NCBI GenBank assembly: GCA_964016885.1
Contig: CAXHJY010001637.1
Span: 7,195-71,194 of the forward strand
DNA: 64,000 nt
Direction of reading: 5' to 3'
Origin: Eledone cirrhosa
Taxonomy: Eukaryota
Part shown: one piece after another, positions 1 to 14,977 of the stretch
How the letters are laid out: the number at the start of each line of letters is the position of its first letter
Numbering within the stretch: position 1 is the first letter of the stretch
The notes under the pieces: model-generated
Database searches by the model: none
What the model saw: the letters and a program-made list of their open reading frames with translations, nothing else
Told to the model about the DNA's origin: nothing
Made by a program: the position numbers and the translations under genes

Positions 1-416
1 CATATTCCTTCTTAGAGAGTAACGAAAAGAATGGGTATGCATGTAAAGACGATGCTTGAAACTATTGGCGGTTAACCCTATGTAGGCCCTACGGGACGTG
101 GGTGTTACAACCTTACATTTGTAGACAATGTTACTAGAGAGGCATTTCCCGGATAGGGGGCAATCAGCCCGATTCCTACAATTACAGTTAGTACTAACTA
201 CAGGGTTGCACGTGTTCCTACGTCTAGGTAGTTTAGCTGAATTTGAAGCTGTGATGTTATGTGCAAGGTTAGGAGTCGTAGAGTAAGAAATTTTAATAGT
301 ATTTCTATTAAAAATTTTACTATATTTATGTGTAGGGGGAAAATGCTTCGTAATAAGGGAAAGAAAGATCTTAGCTAATGGTGTGGCCACCTCCATATTA
401 TATGGTGGGTTAAACC

Positions 417-478
417 AAAATAAAGTACCAGTAATGCACTGTGTAATTGCTGGCCTTGTGCCTAAAGTAGAAACAATT
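417..478 (+). mobile_element. 3' fragment of tRNA-derived SINE (family S1)
   Basis: AAAATAAAGTACCAGTAATGCACTGTGTAATTGCTGGCCTTGTGCCTAAAGTAGAAACAATTAT matches the 3' end of the copies at 30742-30928 and 63352-63451. Confidence 0.8.
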
Positions 479-518
479 ATATATATTATATATATATATA
501 ATATATATATATATATAT

Positions 519-560
<42 letters not shown>

Positions 561-864
561 TATGTATATATATATTATATATATATATAATATATATATA
601 TATATAATATATATATATATATTATATATATTATATATACATATAATATATATATATATATATTATATATATATAATATATATATATTATATATATATAT
701 AATGTATATAATATATATATAAATATATAATATATATATATAATATATATATATATTAATATATATATATATATATATAATATATATATTATATATATAT
801 ATATATATAATATATATATATATAATATATATATATTTAATATATATATATATTATATATATAT

Positions 865-919
<55 letters not shown>

Positions 920-1138
920 TATGTATATAATATATATATATAATATATATATATATTAACATATATATATATATAATATATATATATAATATATATATAT
1001 ATAATATATATATATATAATATATATATATTATAATATATATATATAATATATATATTATATATATATATATATAATATATATATATATAATATATATAT
1101 ATTATATATATATATAGATAATATATATATATTATATA
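479..1138. repeat. degenerate (TA)n microsatellite (one of many; others e.g. 1540-2950, 8825-9329, 19830-20918, 27444-28172, 51615-52090)
   Basis: Pure or interrupted TA dinucleotide run. Confidence 0.98.
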
Positions 1139-1533
1139 GTATTAGTTATACTATTTATGGTTATGAAAATACAAAACCCCAAGCAGTTGTAAGTATTTTA
1201 CACACACCCTAAATAGTTGTAGGCAGTAATGTATTACTACCGTATTACCAGTAAGTTAAGTAGCTCAATGTAAAAACATCAGATGATTTACAGAGCAGTT
1301 ATATGAAATATAAGAATCAAAGAACTGCTCAAAACATTATTGTGCTTACAGCTGTTTCCTCCAAACCGAGGTTTGGATTCTTCAGAGCAATTTATTAATG
1401 CATGGACAGTTATATGACCTCCTTTTCAGCCGAGGGACATACCAATAGATATTCAAACATTGATACGGTTTGGAGGAAACAGCTGTAAGCACAATAATGT
1501 TTTGAGCAGTTCTTTGATTCTTATATTTCATAT
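1139..1533 (-). mobile_element. non-autonomous Penelope-type pLTR element, family A (inverted arm 1466-1533 vs 1301-1368)
   Basis: Homologous to 2951-3270; contains a hammerhead; inverted partial repeat; flanked by (TA)n. Confidence 0.75.
1343..1389 (-). ncRNA. type I minimal hammerhead ribozyme (family A)
   Basis: UGCU-CUGAAGA-A-UCCAAAC(cucg)GUUUGGA-G-GAAA-CAGCUG-UA-AGCA: stem I UGCU/AGCA, 7-bp stem II, palindromic stem III ACAGCUGU, GUA site. Confidence 0.85.
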
Positions 1534-3161
1534 ATTTCATATATATTATATATATATATATATAATATATATATATATTAATATATATATATATATATAA
1601 TATATATATATAGTATATAATATATATATATATATATAATATATATATATTATAATATATATATATAATATATATATTATATATATATATATATAATATA
1701 TATATATTAATATATATATATTATGTATATATATATATATATATAATATATATATATATTAATATATATATATAATATATATATATATATAATATATATA
1801 TATATAATATATATATATTATAATATATATATATAATATATATATATTATATATATATATATAATATATATATATATTATATATATATATATAATATAAT
1901 ATATATATATATTATATATATATATATATAAATATATATATATATTATATATATATATATATAATATAATATATATATATTATATATATAAATATAATAT
2001 ATATATATATTATATATATATAATATAATATATATATATTATATATATATATAATAATATATATATAATATATATATATAATATATATATATATATAATA
2101 TATATATAATATATATATACATATATAATATATATATAATATATATATATTATATATATATATATAATATATATATAATAAAGATACATATATAATATAT
2201 ATATAATATATATATATTATATATATAATATATATATATTATATATATATATATAATATATATATATATAATATATATATATAATATATATATATTATAT
2301 ATATATATAATATATATATATATATTAATATATATATATATATAATATATATATATAATATATATATATATAATATATATATATATAATATATATATATA
2401 ATATATATATATTATAATATATATATATAATATATATATTATATATATATATATAATATATATATATATATAATATATATAATATATATATATAATATAT
2501 ATATATATTATATATATATATATTATATATATATATATTATATATATATATATATATTATATATATATATATAATATATATAATATATATATATAATATA
2601 TATATATATATATTGTATATATATATATATATATATAATATATATATATATCTCATATATATATATATATGAATATAATATATATATAAAATATATATAT
2701 ATATATAATATATATATATATATATAATATATATATATATATATTATATATATATAATATATATATATATATATAATATATATATATATATAATATATAT
2801 ATATTATATATATAATATATATATATAATATATATATATATTATATATATATATATAATATATATATATTATATATATATATAATATATATATATATATA
2901 ATATATATATATATTATATATATATATATATATTATATATATATATATTATAAGTATTAAGGGTACTATTTATGGCTATGTATGCAATAAAACCTTTAAT
3001 AGTAATATATTATATATACACAAACCTTAAATAGTGAAAGATAGTCATTAATTACTATCCTATTACCAGTAAGATAAATAGCTCAATGTTATAACATCAG
3101 TTGTTTTACAGAGCAGTTATATAGAGATTACAATAATCAAAGTTCAGTTTAAGTCATTTAT

Positions 3162-3210
3162 TTGCTTACAATTGTTTCCTCCAAACCGAGGTTTGGTTTC
3201 TTCGGAGCAA
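3162..3210 (-). ncRNA. hammerhead ribozyme, U4C core variant (family A)
   Basis: UUGCU-CCGAAGA-AACCAAAC(cucg)GUUUGGAG-GAAA-CAAUUG-UA-AGCAA. Confidence 0.7.
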
Positions 3211-4053
3211 CTATTTACTGATCTATAACATACTTGACCTCCTTTTCAACCCAAGAGACACATAAAACATATGCGCATATTGATCAACAGTGGGGTGACA
3301 TGCATCAAATGATATAGCATGGCAATTTACATATGAAGGTTACAGGATAAAGATAAAATAAAAACAAGAATGAAAATAAAGATAAACATGAAGCGTTGGC
3401 AGTCTATGAAGATAAAGCAAGAGGAAAGTTTATAGTAGTCAGTGTATGAAACAGTCTCACGTGTAGCATGCACGCGTGTCTTATTTATACATGATTAGAG
3501 TGCGTCAGAATGATATTTGCAGGGTCAGGCAGTTGAAGCAGGCAATCGATCTTAGGCAATGAGCGAAGACAGTGGTACCGCTTTGCCTACGATACAATAA
3601 GGTTTTTAGTATGTGGAAAGTTTTTGATATTTTGGTGTTTCCTTGCATCCGAGACTGTATATCATACAGATGTATGAGAATAAATGACTTAATAATCCAG
3701 CCCACATAATAAGATCGATTGCCTGCTTCAACTGCCTGACCCTGCAAATATCATTCTGACGCACTCTAATCATGTATAAATAAGACACGCGTGCATGCTA
3801 CACGTGAGACTGTTTCATACAGTGACTACTATAAACTTTCCTCTTGCTTTATCTTCATAGACTGCCAACGCTTCATGTTTATCTTTATTTTCATTCTTGT
3901 TTTTATTTTATTTTTATCCTGTAACCTTTATATGTAAACTGCCATGCTATATCATTTGATGCATGTCACCGCACTGTTGATCAATATGCGCATATGTTTT
4001 ATGTGTCTCTTGGGTTGAAAAGGAGGTCAAGTATGTTATAGATCAGTAAATAG

Positions 4054-4102
4054 TTGCTCCGAAGAATCCAAACCTCGGTTTGGAGGAAACAATTGTAAGC
4101 AA
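4054..4102 (+). ncRNA. hammerhead ribozyme, U4C core variant (family A)
   Basis: TTGCT-CCGAAGA-A-TCCAAAC(ctcg)GTTTGGA-G-GAAA-CAATTG-TA-AGCAA. Confidence 0.72.
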
Positions 4103-4173
4103 ATAAATGACTTAAACTGAACTTTGATTATTGTAATCTCTATAAATATATTATATATATATACAATATATAT

Positions 4174-4205
<32 letters not shown>

Positions 4206-4301
4206 ATATATATATATATATATAATATATATATATTATATATTAAAACTAAATATATATATATATATATTAAATATATATATATATATTAAAAACTAAA
4301 T

Positions 4302-4943
4302 ATTAAAACCCACATTGCTAAACTATTTTTTAATGCTCTTGACAAACGCTTCCCTAGAACACATAAATATCACTCAATTTTTAATAGACATACTATAAAA
4401 TTAACTTACTCGTCCACCAAAAATTTAGCACAAAATATTAACAGAATAAATAATAGGAATCTAAAACCTAGCCAAAATACCGATAATAGCCTAAACAATA
4501 TTCAATTAAACAACTGTAACTGTAGAAATAAATCTAAATGTCCGTTAAATAACAATTGCTTAGTTAAAAATATAATATACAATTGTAATGTTAAAACTAA
4601 CTTAAATTCTTTTAACTATGTTGGTTCCACCTCGACAGAATTTAAACTTCGCTATAATAATCATAAGAATTCTTTCACAGATCCAAGCAAAAAATCTTCA
4701 ACTTCACTATCAGGCTTACTCTGGCAACTTAAACATGATAACGTTGGATATTCGTTGTTTTGGAATATAGTCTCAAGAGGGATTCCTTTTAATTCCTCAT
4801 CTGAGACATGTGACCTCTGCGTGGAGGAGATATTCTTTATATTAAAATCTAAAAATTCCCTTAATTTAAGGAGCAATTTATTCAGTTGCTGCAGACATAG
4901 ATTGAACTCAACGTTTAAATATAAATATAAATTTAAAATGTAG
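4302..4943 (+). pseudogene. 5'-truncated Penelope-like (Nematis-type) ORF: thumb/linker + GIY-YIG endonuclease
   Basis: Frame open upstream of the listed 62-aa ORF: IKTHIAKLFFNALDKRFP..HSIFNRHTIKLTYS..NCNCRNKSKCPLNNNCLVKNIIY..YVGSTSTEFKLRYNNHKNSF..STSLSGLLWQLK..CDLCVEE..LNLRSNLFSCCRH. Confidence 0.85.
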
Positions 4944-5508
4944 TATATTTAGTTAAGATATTTAATTAATTATGAAACCTGACGATACATCTTTCGATTC
5001 CTTCAACTTTTTCTTTTAAACCTTCTTCATAAATATATACTAATGATGTAATTAAACTACCCTAAAATGTTGATGCTCCCAATCTATTGAATACATTTTA
5101 CGCTAGATAAACTTCTATACTAAATATAAGGGCATCTGTAGAACAACAGGGTCTCCTAAATCTTTTAAATGATTTCTGCTAAATAAGTTTTGTTGAATAA
5201 TCTTTGGTTTTTTGTCTGCTTTTTGATTCTGATTGCTTCTAATGAACTTGACAATATATTGTCAGATAAATTGGAAGGGTAGATTTCTGTGGTTGATATG
5301 GGGGGCATACTGTGTTTTTTACGGCCCTAGATACTCTAGGGAGTGATGAAAATATTCTTAACGTTTTGATATCTCTGTGCCGATATATTAATATCTGTTG
5401 TCTCTGTGCAAAGGCCATATGTATTAATATGAATATGGAATGATTACAGAGTATACTCTATTTTATCTGTTTATTTTATCTGTCCATGTACATATATGTG
5501 CGCACGCA

Positions 5509-5540
<32 letters not shown>

Positions 5541-6723
5541 GCTATAGTTCTGGATATTTTACAGATATGTATAATATTCTATACATGAACGATAATCATG
5601 TATGTGAGGGCAGGAATGTTAATATTAATATATATTTTTATGTATATATATGTATGTATATATATATGTATAGTAAAATCTTTTATAACACAAGGGAAAA
5701 TTTTTTCCTGTGAAATAAGAAATTACAGAGTTGTTCACGTAAGATCACGGGTATGTCTATAGCGTCAACTAGAACTTGAGCTGACCTTCTCTTTTTCTCT
5801 TTCTTTCCTTTTCCGGAAAGTACATATATACTTATGTATTTCCGTATTTTTTGAAGTTTTATCTCAGTTTTTGGTACATCGACCTAAGAATTTTTAAACT
5901 AAACATATGGTCATTATTTTTCACACATTATTTATCTATGTCTCATTCATGAATATTGATATTTACATTATAATACCCAATTCATATGAATTGATAATTC
6001 AAATTGATAGGACATAACGTAAAGTTGTAAATCTATCATCCTTCTCTCTAGATATAGCTCTTTCTTCTCCCTCTTTACACATGAGGAAATTTAAGTATCG
6101 ATTATTTTAACTTTGCCTCTCGAGCTTCTCTCTTGTTTTCTCTCTTACTTCTCTCCTATTTCTCTCACCTCCCCATATATAATTATTATTATTTGGTCTA
6201 CCTCTTTTTCCCCCCACCTCTATCTTTCTCTACCTCTCTGTTTTTTCTTTATTTATTTTTTATTTCTCTCCGTCTCCTATATTTCTTAGTGGCATCTTTG
6301 CTTTAATTTCTCGTTTATCTAGTATTTCTTTCTTCTTTTTCCCTTTTTTGGGGGTGGGTGGGTGTGGGTGGGTGTGTGTTCCTGTATTAATTTTCCGTTC
6401 TTTACTTCGTACGATCTTTCATGTAGCTTGTATAAGACTTTTTTGTTTCGTGGCGGTACCCTTAGAGTTAGCACTAGTATTTTTTTGCGGGAACCTGAAA
6501 TATATTCTCGTACAAGTTTACTTTCTTGCACTGGGTGGTTGCTGGCCCTGTGATTGGGGTAGAAACCTTTATTATTTTCGTGGTAGTCTCTTTAGTATTC
6601 TGCCCCCCCCCCCTTTGTTGACCCGTCACCGTACGATACACGCACTTATACCTCGTATAAGGGTCCATTTATTTCCATCCCACCTAGTTTATTTCTATTA
6701 TTATTATTTATTTTTTATTCTAC

Positions 6724-6765
<42 letters not shown>

Positions 6766-7166
6766 TATTTTTTTTTTTAAATTTATTTATCTATTCTTTT
6801 ATTCACTTATTTGTTTATTTATTTATTTATGTATTTCTTTAGCCTAGCAATAGCGAAAGACTTAAATCTTAGTAACCAGATTTTGCTTATTTTTTTTCTC
6901 TCTCAGTACCTTTTATAGTTTTACCTTTCATTGTTCTACATACCGTTTGGACCTCCCCCCTCCCCTTCCCCAGTATCCTCTTTGACCTCACATCCAGCTG
7001 TAGCTGGCACTACCAACGCATGAATGGGTCTACTCCACCCCTCTCTCTTTTTCTCCTACCGGCAGGTTCAGCTACCCCTTCCCCCACCAACTTGCCATCA
7101 CAGATTTACTACTAACTTGTGATGTGATCAATCCTGGTGATTATCTCTTTGACCATATATGGAATT

Positions 7167-7260
7167 ACCCCTTGATAAGTTCGGCTATTTAAATACCAGA
7201 ATAAATTTTCATTCAGTACAGAATTAGCCGTCGAAACGGCTTGAGCTCAGCCGTCGGGGT
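7167..7260 (+). ncRNA. hammerhead ribozyme, U3-A8 core variant (family C)
   Basis: ACCCC-TTGATAA-GTTCGGCTA..TAGCCGTC-GAAA-CGGCT(tgagctc)AGCCG-TC-GGGGT: stem I ACCCC/GGGGU, stem II CGGCUA/UAGCCG, stem III ACGGCU/AGCCGU, GUC site at 7253-7255. Confidence 0.8.
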
Positions 7261-7270
7261 CTTACTTGTT

Positions 7271-7671
<401 letters not shown>

Positions 7672-7676
7672 ATATA

Positions 7677-7965
<289 letters not shown>

Positions 7966-8100
7966 GTAGATAAATCTACCAAGAGTTTACGGTAGTGTCC
8001 AATCCGTATGAAGGACTCAATGTAATCCGGATATCATGGAAAGAAGAGATGCATTCAAAATCACTTTCGGTGAAAGATAAACGGAATACAGAGTCAAGAT

Positions 8101-8230
8101 AAAGTATTAAAAAAATAATGAATAAAACAATGAAACAGTTCCTTGTATTAAACAAAAAAAGTTCATGAACTTTTTTTGTTTAATATACGGAACTGTTTCA
8201 TTGTTTTATTCATTATTTTTTTAATACTTT
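8101..8230. repeat. ~130-bp near-perfect palindrome ending an insert between (TA)n tracts
   Basis: AAAGTATTAAAAAAATAATG...GTTCATGAAC...CATTATTTTTTTAATACTTT. Confidence 0.85.
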
Positions 8231-8259
8231 ATGTATATATATATATGTATATATATATG

Positions 8260-8438
<179 letters not shown>

Positions 8439-8449
8439 ATATATATATG

Positions 8450-8548
<99 letters not shown>

Positions 8549-8628
8549 GTATATATGTATACTTTTTAAATGGAAGTTGAAGTTGTAAGGTATGTCAAAT
8601 CTATCTATTTATAAGACTGTTTATATTG

Positions 8629-8694
8629 TATTTTGTCTGATGAAGGCATACCATATTTTTAATATGATATCCCTGAAATATATATAATGAAATA
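8629..8694 (+). ncRNA. hammerhead ribozyme (family D)
   Basis: TATTTTGT-CTGATGA-AGGCATACCATATT(ttt)AATATGATATCCCT-GAAA-TATATA-TA-ATGAAATA; stem I 8 bp with two G-U pairs, palindromic stem III AUAUAUAU. Confidence 0.75.
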
Positions 8695-8820
8695 AATATG
8701 GTTTTATAAATATAGTTTCCATTTATTTAATATCGTAAATATACTCCAAATACTTGTTGAGTGCTTTTATATCAGTTATAAATATTTACTCGTTGTAACC
8801 CAACAATTCAAATAAAACTT

Positions 8821-8901
<81 letters not shown>

Positions 8902-8998
8902 GTATATATATATGTATATATATATGTATATATATGTATATATATATATATATATATACGTATATATATGTATATATATATATATATGTATATATATG

Positions 8999-9049
<51 letters not shown>

Positions 9050-9110
9050 GTATATATATATATGTATATATATATATGTATATATATATATATGTATATA
9101 TATATATGTA

Positions 9111-9184
<74 letters not shown>

Positions 9185-9198
9185 TGTATATGTATATG

Positions 9199-9229
<31 letters not shown>

Positions 9230-9268
9230 GTATATATATATGTGTATATGTATATATATATATATATG

Positions 9269-9328
<60 letters not shown>

Positions 9329-9331
<3 letters not shown>

Positions 9332-9452
9332 AAGGCGGGTAAAATTCCCGAGATCCATGGACGAGTTCTCTCCAGCGGTCTCTGTCCCTCATTATCGCTG
9401 CCATATCCTGCATCTCCAACAGACCAGTGTCTGTCCTTAGGGCATCAACATA
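9329..9452 (-). mobile_element. 3'-terminal fragment of an RTE-type LINE
   Basis: Minus strand reads [40 protein letters not shown], the typical RTE C-terminal DR..WR motif. Confidence 0.65.
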
Positions 9453-9676
9453 TATATATATTTCGTTTCTGAATTTGTTTAGCAAGATTCTTTATCTGAA
9501 ATCGTGTGTTGAAACCGATATTGTTATACTTTGGGAGGGTCATGTTGCCGATAAGAAACACACGCACCAATTGTTTAACTTCAATTTATTATTATAATAA
9601 ATTTATAATAAATTTATAAATTTATAAATTTCTGGTTGGTTGGTTGGTTCCACAACCAGATAGTTGTTTATATATT

Positions 9677-9719
9677 GTCATAGTTCTTTCGTCACACACT
9701 CTGTGACCTCTTCAGTGAC
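9677..9719 (-). ncRNA. minimal hammerhead ribozyme (family B, 3' pLTR)
   Basis: GUCA-CUGAAGA-G-GUCACA(gagug)UGUGAC-GAAA-GAAC-UA-UGAC. Confidence 0.8.
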
Positions 9720-9920
9720 TGGGGATTCCTTTCTTTGTTTCTGTGCCTCTCCTTTGTTCTGTCGTACGCTATTTTGTTTCTGTGTGTGTGTTGTGTGCTC
9801 AGTCTGCGCATGCGCCACATCCGGGTGTCTGTGTGTGTTTATGTTCATTTATTTATTTGTTTATTTACATGTTACTGGTTGGTTGCTTGTTCTATGTGTG
9901 TGTTTGTTTTCATTTTGTCC

Positions 9921-12900
9921 TTAATTGTAAGTTGTGATGTTGCTGTTCCACTCATATTTTCTATTTAATTTTGGTTGTAATTCTTTTATGTTTATTGCCT
10001 CTGTAATTTGTCTAAACATTGCGTCTTTTCTGTGTGTAGATTCTATTTTTATTTCTATGTTCTCTAATTTACCCTTGTGTTCTATTTTAGCATGTTGGTA
10101 GAGTACAGATGATTCTTTACTATCTTGAAGGTCTTGCCAGTGTTCAATAACCCGTTCCCCTACACTACGAGCTGTCTCACCTATGTACACTATATTTTTG
10201 TCTCTACATTGTCCTTCAGTACATCTTATGTTATACACTACATTTCTAGTTTTACAGTTAATATGGGGGCTTATTTTTACAGGTTATACATTTCTTATCT
10301 ATACATGAGGGTCTTTGAAAAGGGTATGTCTTGCTAATAAGTGTTTTTACGGAGGTACCTGGTCTTTCTACTATCTTAATATTGAGTTTATGTTATTTAG
10401 GCTTCTTCTAAATTTGTAAGCTAATTCACCTCTAGGGGTTGTATCGATGAACATTACACTCTGGTATTTATTGCTATCATACCATGAGTTTATTCTATTA
10501 GCCTTGTTCCTAGTTCTTTCTATTCTATTCCAAAATTTGCTCCTATATAAGGGGCAGGTCCCATTTATGTCATTATTTACGATTTTTTCCCATTTGGTTC
10601 TGGCTCCTCTATACACTCTGATTTTTCTCTCTGATTGTAGCCAGAGAACTGCATACGGTGGATGAAGTGTTGTATGTGTCTCTCTAGTTCTTCTGGGTTG
10701 CACATGCGGGACATGTTTCTCATCACCCGTACCAAATCCGCTATCAGTATGTTGATTTTGGTATGGTCCGAAACGGCCGAGTTTCGGTGGATCAGATGTT
10801 TGGAAGTCATGGGTTTGGCATAATGGGAATGGAGGATTTGTTTTTTGTTATTAATGGTATCTAACCAGAGCTCTGTGTCTAGTACAGGTAATCGATGGTT
10901 GGGGTGTTTATTTGGGTAGTCTATAGTAACTCTAATGCTCTGGTGGATGGAGTTAGCTATTTGCTGGATGCTTTCCATTGTGTTTTTCTTTAGTTCCTGA
11001 CTGTTCTCTAGTGGGGGTGTCTTAACTACGATGTTTATATCATCAACGTAGCGGGAGTACATCATCAGGGTTAAGGGGTCTTTTAATTGTTCTTTAAGCT
11101 TAAGTTTAAGTCTACTGTCCCACCATACCATGAATAAGTTAGCTATGTCGCCTGCAATGCTAACACCAATGGCTGCTCCTTCCTCTTGGGCATATGTTTT
11201 TCCATTCAATTTGAACATATGTTCCTTAAGGGTTAGTTTTATGCTGGCCCCTACCGCACGTGCAATCATTTTCTTCAGTTCATCGTGGTTTTCGGGTGTC
11301 CGTATGGCTCTGGTCCACCCGTTCCATCTATCTGTGTGGGTTTTCTTGGCCATTGAGGTAATGGTAGGTGGTCTGCCTTTTGTTGGTCTTGTAGGGCACA
11401 TATGTGTCTAGGTAATTATTACTATAGGTAAGTTTAAGTAGGAGTCCCAGGTCACTGGTATCAATCCCACGGAACTCAACATTGGTCTCACTGATCATTT
11501 CTACGCATTTCTCCACAGCAAAATCCACGTCAATAGATGGATACAGGGACACAACATCCATACTACCTATTATGCAGTTTGTTAGGTCCCTAGATCGATT
11601 ACTCACGCCGATTCTGCTGAGGAGGTCCTCCTTGCTGTCACATACATCTGGGGACATTTCAATGATGGGGCGTATGATCAGGGAGAGGAAGTAGGACAGT
11701 CTGTAGTTACTAGCAATGTTAGCTCCACAGACTGGCCGTGTTGGTGGTCCCGCGACAGGGTCATAGCCCGTTTTATGGTCTTTTCGAAGCCCATACAACG
11801 TCGGCACGTCATTGTTCCAGGCCTGGAAGTTGTTGGCAGTCCTTTTGTTGGGCTGCATTATATTCGTCCACATCACTATATGGGCATTGAGGGCTTTTTC
11901 TCTATCCTCATGCTCCTGTGGTGTTACCTCTCTTGTGTTAGTGATGTGGGGTTGCATTGCCTGGATGTAGTTTGGCAGGCTGCCAACCGACATTCTGCCA
12001 GACTTGTCTGTTGGAAAGCATGCTATCTCTCCATTACGCGAGTGCTGCATGAGCTTACGCAAGCCATTTGCAGATTTTTCTCCCAGTTGCTGGGCCTCCA
12101 TTCTATTATGCCTCTTGCTATACTGTTCTATAATATTGCTAAGTTCGGATCTAGCTATACTAAATTGTGCTTCTGTTTGTTCATCGACCCGCGACGGCAA
12201 TTGCGTGCGTTTGTTAAATGGTAAAGTCGTGGCGTGGACTCGTCGCAGGTCGAACGATTTATCGGAGGGATTATAAAAGCTAGACTTCCAGGCTGCTGCT
12301 TTATGTGTACTAGTGCTATTGTTATTGTTAGTTGTGTTGTTTCTATTTCTATTTCCACCAACAGCCTCATGGTTGTTTCTATGTCTCTCATAATTACTCC
12401 TGTCTCTTTCCACTGGCTCATTGTTGTTATCTACCCTATTTTGTATGTCTGTGTGTTCGTCTTGGTTATTTTCTTTGTCCTTAGTCTCCCTTCTCCTTTT
12501 AATCCTATTACTTTCCCTTATTTCTGTGATTTCTGTGCTACTGTCATTACTTGTTCTCTGTGTCTGTGTGTTTGTTAAGATTGTGGTGGTGGTGAGAGGC
12601 ATTGAATGTGTGTGTGTTGTTGTTGTTGATGTGTGCTGTTGTTGATGTGTGTTGTTGTTGTCTCCGTGTGTGTTATTATTGTTGTGTGTGTTGTTATTGT
12701 TGTTTGTGTCTGCGTGTCTGTTGTTGTTGTTTCTAGGTATGTTATTATTGTTGTTGTTGTTGGTGTGTGTGTTGTTGTTATTGTTGTTTGTGGCTGTGTG
12801 TCTGTTGTTGTTGGGATGTGTGTTGTATATGTGTGTGCGTATATTGTTGCTTTTGTTTTTGTTTTTGTTTTTGAGGCTCCAGCGTAGTTTTGTAAATGAT

Positions 12901-13606
12901 TTTTCTATTTCTGACAGACAACTAATCACATTTACCTTCTTGAATGTCGCATACTTAGGTGGAAGTTGTAATGCAGATAATTCATCGTTATCTATCATTG
13001 TGTTGCCGTATATATTTGTGTTGGTGTTGTTGTTGAACTCATCTGTTAATGAGGTGTCGGCCATATTTATACCGTCAATTTTGTCGGGATATCTATTGGT
13101 ATTCTCTATAGTATCCTGATTTAGCTTTATCTGCTTAAGCCACTTTAGTTTCTTGTTAAAGTGCTTATCACATCCTTGAGTAATGTACTGTTCTTCAGGG
13201 CGTATAAGGCTTATAAATATTAGTTTCTCTCTTGGTGTGGTGATCCTAGCTATTCCTTGTATTAGGTTACGATTATGTTTTTCTTGATGACTTAATTCTC
13301 TATAGATCTTTTTTTTATGTTTAGAATTAGTGTTCGTTTTAGCCTATCTGCTTGTTTTTTGGTGAGTTGTAAGCTTCTCACGTCGGTGTTGATGGTGTTG
13401 GTGTAAACTCGGGACGAGGCACATTCTTTTATGAAGTGTAGTTGTCGAGATGTTATGGTTTTTCGTAGACAACAGAACATGGTGGTTTTCAGTATCTTGT
13501 TAGCCTGGCTAAGGCTTACGATATTTCGTTTCTGAATTTGTTTAGCAAGATTCTTTATCTGAAATCGTGTGTTGAAACCGATATTGTTATACTTTGGGAG
13601 GGTCAT
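9921..13606 (-). pseudogene. frameshifted PLE polyprotein (RT + GIY-YIG endonuclease)
   Basis: Start MTLPKYNN inside the pLTR; PTDKSG, GSMDVVSLYPSI, QEEGAAIGVSIAGDIANLFM, YSRYVDD, LPVLD; Cys-rich linker then VY..C....C....YIGETARSVGERVIEH; split across at least 5 ORFs. Confidence 0.9.
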
Positions 13607-13736
13607 GTTGCCAATAAGAAACACACGCACCAGTTGCTTTCACTTCAATTTAATTTATTATATATTTATAAATTTACAAATTTATAAATTTCTGGTTGGT
13701 TGGTTGGTTCCACAACCAGATAGTTGTTTATATATT

Positions 13737-13779
13737 GTCATAGTTCTTTCGTCACACACTCTGTGACCTCTTCAGTGAC
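13737..13779 (-). ncRNA. minimal hammerhead ribozyme (family B, 5' pLTR)
   Basis: Identical to 9677-9719; lies ~130 nt upstream of the ORF start codon at 13606. Confidence 0.8.
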
Positions 13780-14977
13780 TGGGGATTCCTTTCTTTGTTT
13801 CTGTGCCTCCCCTTTGTTCTGCCGTACGCCATTTTGTTTCTGTGTGTGTGTTGTGTGCTCAGTCTGCGCATGCGCCACATCCGGGTGTCTGTGTGTGTTT
13901 ATGTTCATTTATTTATTTGTTTATTTACATGTTACTGGTTGGTTGCTTGTTCTGTGTGTGTGTGTGTTTTCATTTTGTCCTTAATTGTAAGTTGTGATGT
14001 TGCAGTTCCACTCATATTTTCTATTTAATTTTGGTTGTAATTCTTTTATGTTTATTGCCTCTGTAATTTGTCTAAACATTGCGTCTTTTCTGTGTGTAGA
14101 TACTATTTTTATTTCTATGTTCTCTAATTTACCCTTGTGTTCTATTTTAGCATGTTGGTAGAGTACAGATGATTCTTTACTATCTTGAAGGTCTCACCAG
14201 TGTTCAATTACCCGTTCCCCTACACTACGAGCTGTCTCACCTATGTACACTATATTTTTGTCTCTACATTGTCCTTCAGTACATCTTATGCTATACACTA
14301 CATTTCTAGTTTTACAGTTAATATGGTGGCTTATTTTACAGGTTATACATTTCTTATCTATACATGAGGGTCTTAGAAAAGGGTATGTCTTGCTAATAAA
14401 TGTTTTTACGGAAGTACCTGGTCTTTCTACTATCTTAATATTGAGTTTATGTAAAGACATACCCTTTTCAAAGACCCTCATGTATAGATAAGAAATGTAT
14501 AACCTGTAAAATAAGCCCCCATATTAACTGTAAAACTAGAAATGTAGTGTATAGCATAATATGTACTGAAGGACAATGTAGAGACAAAAATATAGTGTAC
14601 ATAGGTGAGACAGCTCGTAGTGTAGGGGAACGGGTAAATGAACACTGGCAAGACCTTAAAGATAGTAAAGAATCATCTGTACTCTACCAACATGCTAAAA
14701 TAGAACACAAGGGTAAATTAGAGAACATAGAAATAAAAATAGAATCTACACACAGAAAAGACGCAATGTTTAGACAAATTACAGAGGCAATAAACATAAA
14801 AGAATTACAACCAAAATTAAATAGAAAATATGAGTGGAACAGCATAAGCAAACAACATAAGCACACACAGACACCCGGATGTGGCGCATGCGCAGACTGA
14901 GCACACAACACACACAGAAACAAAATGGCGTACGACAGAACAAAGGAGAGGCACAGAAACAAAGAAAGGAATCCCCA

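Larger units (their letters stand above)
2951..4144. mobile_element. non-autonomous Penelope-type pLTR element, family A, with ~435-bp inverted arms (3120-3554 / 3710-4144)
   Basis: Near-perfect inverted repeat with a hammerhead in each arm and a ~170-bp tail only on the left; (TA)n flanks. Confidence 0.8.

Noticed and set aside
1-300. Possible L1/Tx1 ORF1 relic (GCYNLTFVDNVTREAF..VARVP)
   Set aside because: Multiple stops and truncation at the window edge; similarity is only impressionistic
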